Positions 62,649-64,000 of a stretch of 64,000 nucleotides of DNA are shown here, piece by piece. The position numbers and the translations under genes are program-made. Position 1 is the stretch's first letter, and every line of letters begins with the position of its first letter. This stretch comes from an uncultured virus (IMG/VR IMGVR_UViG_3300032216_000918) (taxonomy: Duplodnaviria; Heunggongvirae; Uroviricota; Caudoviricetes), in IMG/VR virus record IMGVR_UViG_3300032216_000918. One strand, written 5' to 3'. Under the pieces are notes generated by a model. That model did not search any database, was not told where the DNA came from, and was given only the letters and a program-made list of their open reading frames with translations.

Positions 62649-64000
62649 TTAAATTTCACCAATCTCCTCCTTATACAGATTGAGCAGAATGTCGTGTCCT
62701 TCTACACGCTTCTCCAGTTGTGCAAACATCCGCTTTTCTATATCGCTACCTTGTAAGTGTATCACAGTTACATTTTTACCCGTCTGACCAATTCGGTCGG
62801 CACGGGCGATACATTGTAGGTAGGTCTCAACAGACATAACGGGGCCATAAAATACTACTGTGTCAGCCGCTGTTAGGGTTACGCCATGGGAGGCTGACTG
62901 GGGTTGTACAACTAATATGCGGGGGTTAGGCTCGGTCTGAAACCGTTTGAATATATCAGTACGTTTGTTAACCGATACGTCCCCGTGGATAACTTCCGCC
63001 GCCACATTGTGCTTTAAAAGAAACTCGTGGATAGCCTCAATACTGTGCCTAAATGGTGCAAAGACAATAACTTTTCTGTTGGTTTCTTCCAACACTTCTA
63101 GAAGAACGTTCAAACGTGGGGCGCAATCAAACTCCACAACCTCATGGGCATCTGTATAGGCAGCACCTGCTGAAATTTGTAGCAACTTTGATACGCCTGC
63201 CGCTGCATTGACAGCTGTAATAGTCTCGCCTGAAGCCTGCATAACCATGCGCTCTTTAATGAGCTTGTAGTATTTAACCTGTTGCGGTGTCAGAGGTATC
63301 TCGCGAGTCTCTGTTAGTACTGGGGGTAGGTCTGTACACTCTTCTTTGGTAAACCTAATGGCTGGTTGCAGTGCAGCAAACACAGCCTCAGCCGCTCCGC
63401 TCTTAGGTACCCATTTAAACTGCGTGAGCTTTTTCATCACCTTATCACGCCATGCGGTAGCAAACTTAGGCACACCAGCTGGATTAACTAACTTAGCCAA
63501 ACCATACGCATCCATCGGCGATTGAGCTGAGGGAGTTCCAGTCATCATCCACAGCATAGACTCAGGGCGTACGATTTTGCTCAACGACTTCCACCGTTTA
63601 GTAGATGCGTTCTTGTATGCGTTTGCTTCATCTACTATGACTAAATCAAACCGCCCGTCTTTAGCAACTTCATCGGCAATTAAATTGAGCCCATCATAAT
63701 TAACAATCACAAACTCATAATCACCTTGAACCATCTCGATACGTCTACTAGCCTGAGCGTGGTGCGCCACAATTGCTGATCTGTTAATAACGCTATTAGC
63801 AATACCGCTCATCCAAGCGTCGTGCATGATTGACAAAGGGCACAGAATTAAACAACGGCGTACTTTCTTTAATCGCATCAAGTAGTCTGCTGCCCATAAA
63901 GCGCTAAGTGTTTTACCAGTTCCGGGGTCGTTAAATACAAATGCTTTTGGGTTAAGCGTTAAGAATGAAGCTGTTTCTACTTGATGGGCAAAGGGTCTGT
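62649..64000 (-). CDS. SNF2-family helicase (5' end truncated by window)
   Basis: Frame open to the window edge; PGTGKT, DEAN, TGTP, HGVTL and Q..ARADR. Confidence 0.9.
   Translation of the reverse strand, partial: RPFAHQVETASFLTLNPKAFVFNDPGTGKTLSALWAADYLMRLKKVRRCLILCPLSIMHDAWMSGIANSVINRSAIVAHHAQASRRIEMVQGDYEFVIVNYDGLNLIADEVAKDGRFDLVIVDEANAYKNASTKRWKSLSKIVRPESMLWMMTGTPSAQSPMDAYGLAKLVNPAGVPKFATAWRDKVMKKLTQFKWVPKSGAAEAVFAALQPAIRFTKEECTDLPPVLTETREIPLTPQQVKYYKLIKERMVMQASGETITAVNAAAGVSKLLQISAGAAYTDAHEVVEFDCAPRLNVLLEVLEETNRKVIVFAPFRHSIEAIHEFLLKHNVAAEVIHGDVSVNKRTDIFKRFQTEPNPRILVVQPQSASHGVTLTAADTVVFYGPVMSVETYLQCIARADRIGQTGKNVTVIHLQGSDIEKRMFAQLEKRVEGHDILLNLYKEEIGEI

Overview
The window is a near-complete genome of a tailed dsDNA phage with podovirus-like (P22/BPP-1-type) virion genes. 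The host is probably a Gram-negative, possibly PHB-storing betaproteobacterium (inference). The minus-strand early/replication arm covers 1-15.1 kb and 57.4-64 kb. It encodes a family A DNA polymerase, PD-(D/E)XK and VRR-NUC nucleases, a primase-helicase, an SNF2 helicase cut by the window edge, an ATP-grasp/glutamine amidotransferase/amidoligase trio and many small ORFs. The plus-strand late arm (15.8-57.4 kb) encodes terminase, portal, a GroES-like protein, scaffold, a Mu gpT-like capsid protein, tail fibres, holin/endolysin and ejection proteins, including a 2761-aa polyvalent protein. I saw no integrase, tRNA or CRISPR array. The most interesting signals are non-coding and cluster at the early/late switch. 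(1) A 16-bp dyad, GGATAG-N4-CTATCC, occurs 11 times, only within 9.6-15.1 kb and also inside ORFs. (2) A predicted ~95-nt minus-strand sRNA has two anti-Shine-Dalgarno seeds with extended complementarity to early-gene leaders. (3) A PhaR-box-like operator overlaps the promoter of a 38-aa amphipathic, phasin-like peptide. Also notable are a double-pseudoknot RNA downstream of the capsid gene, a shared xxxGG motif across virion proteins, and a secreted six-cysteine miniprotein missing from the ORF track. All calls come from reading motifs by eye; no searches were run.
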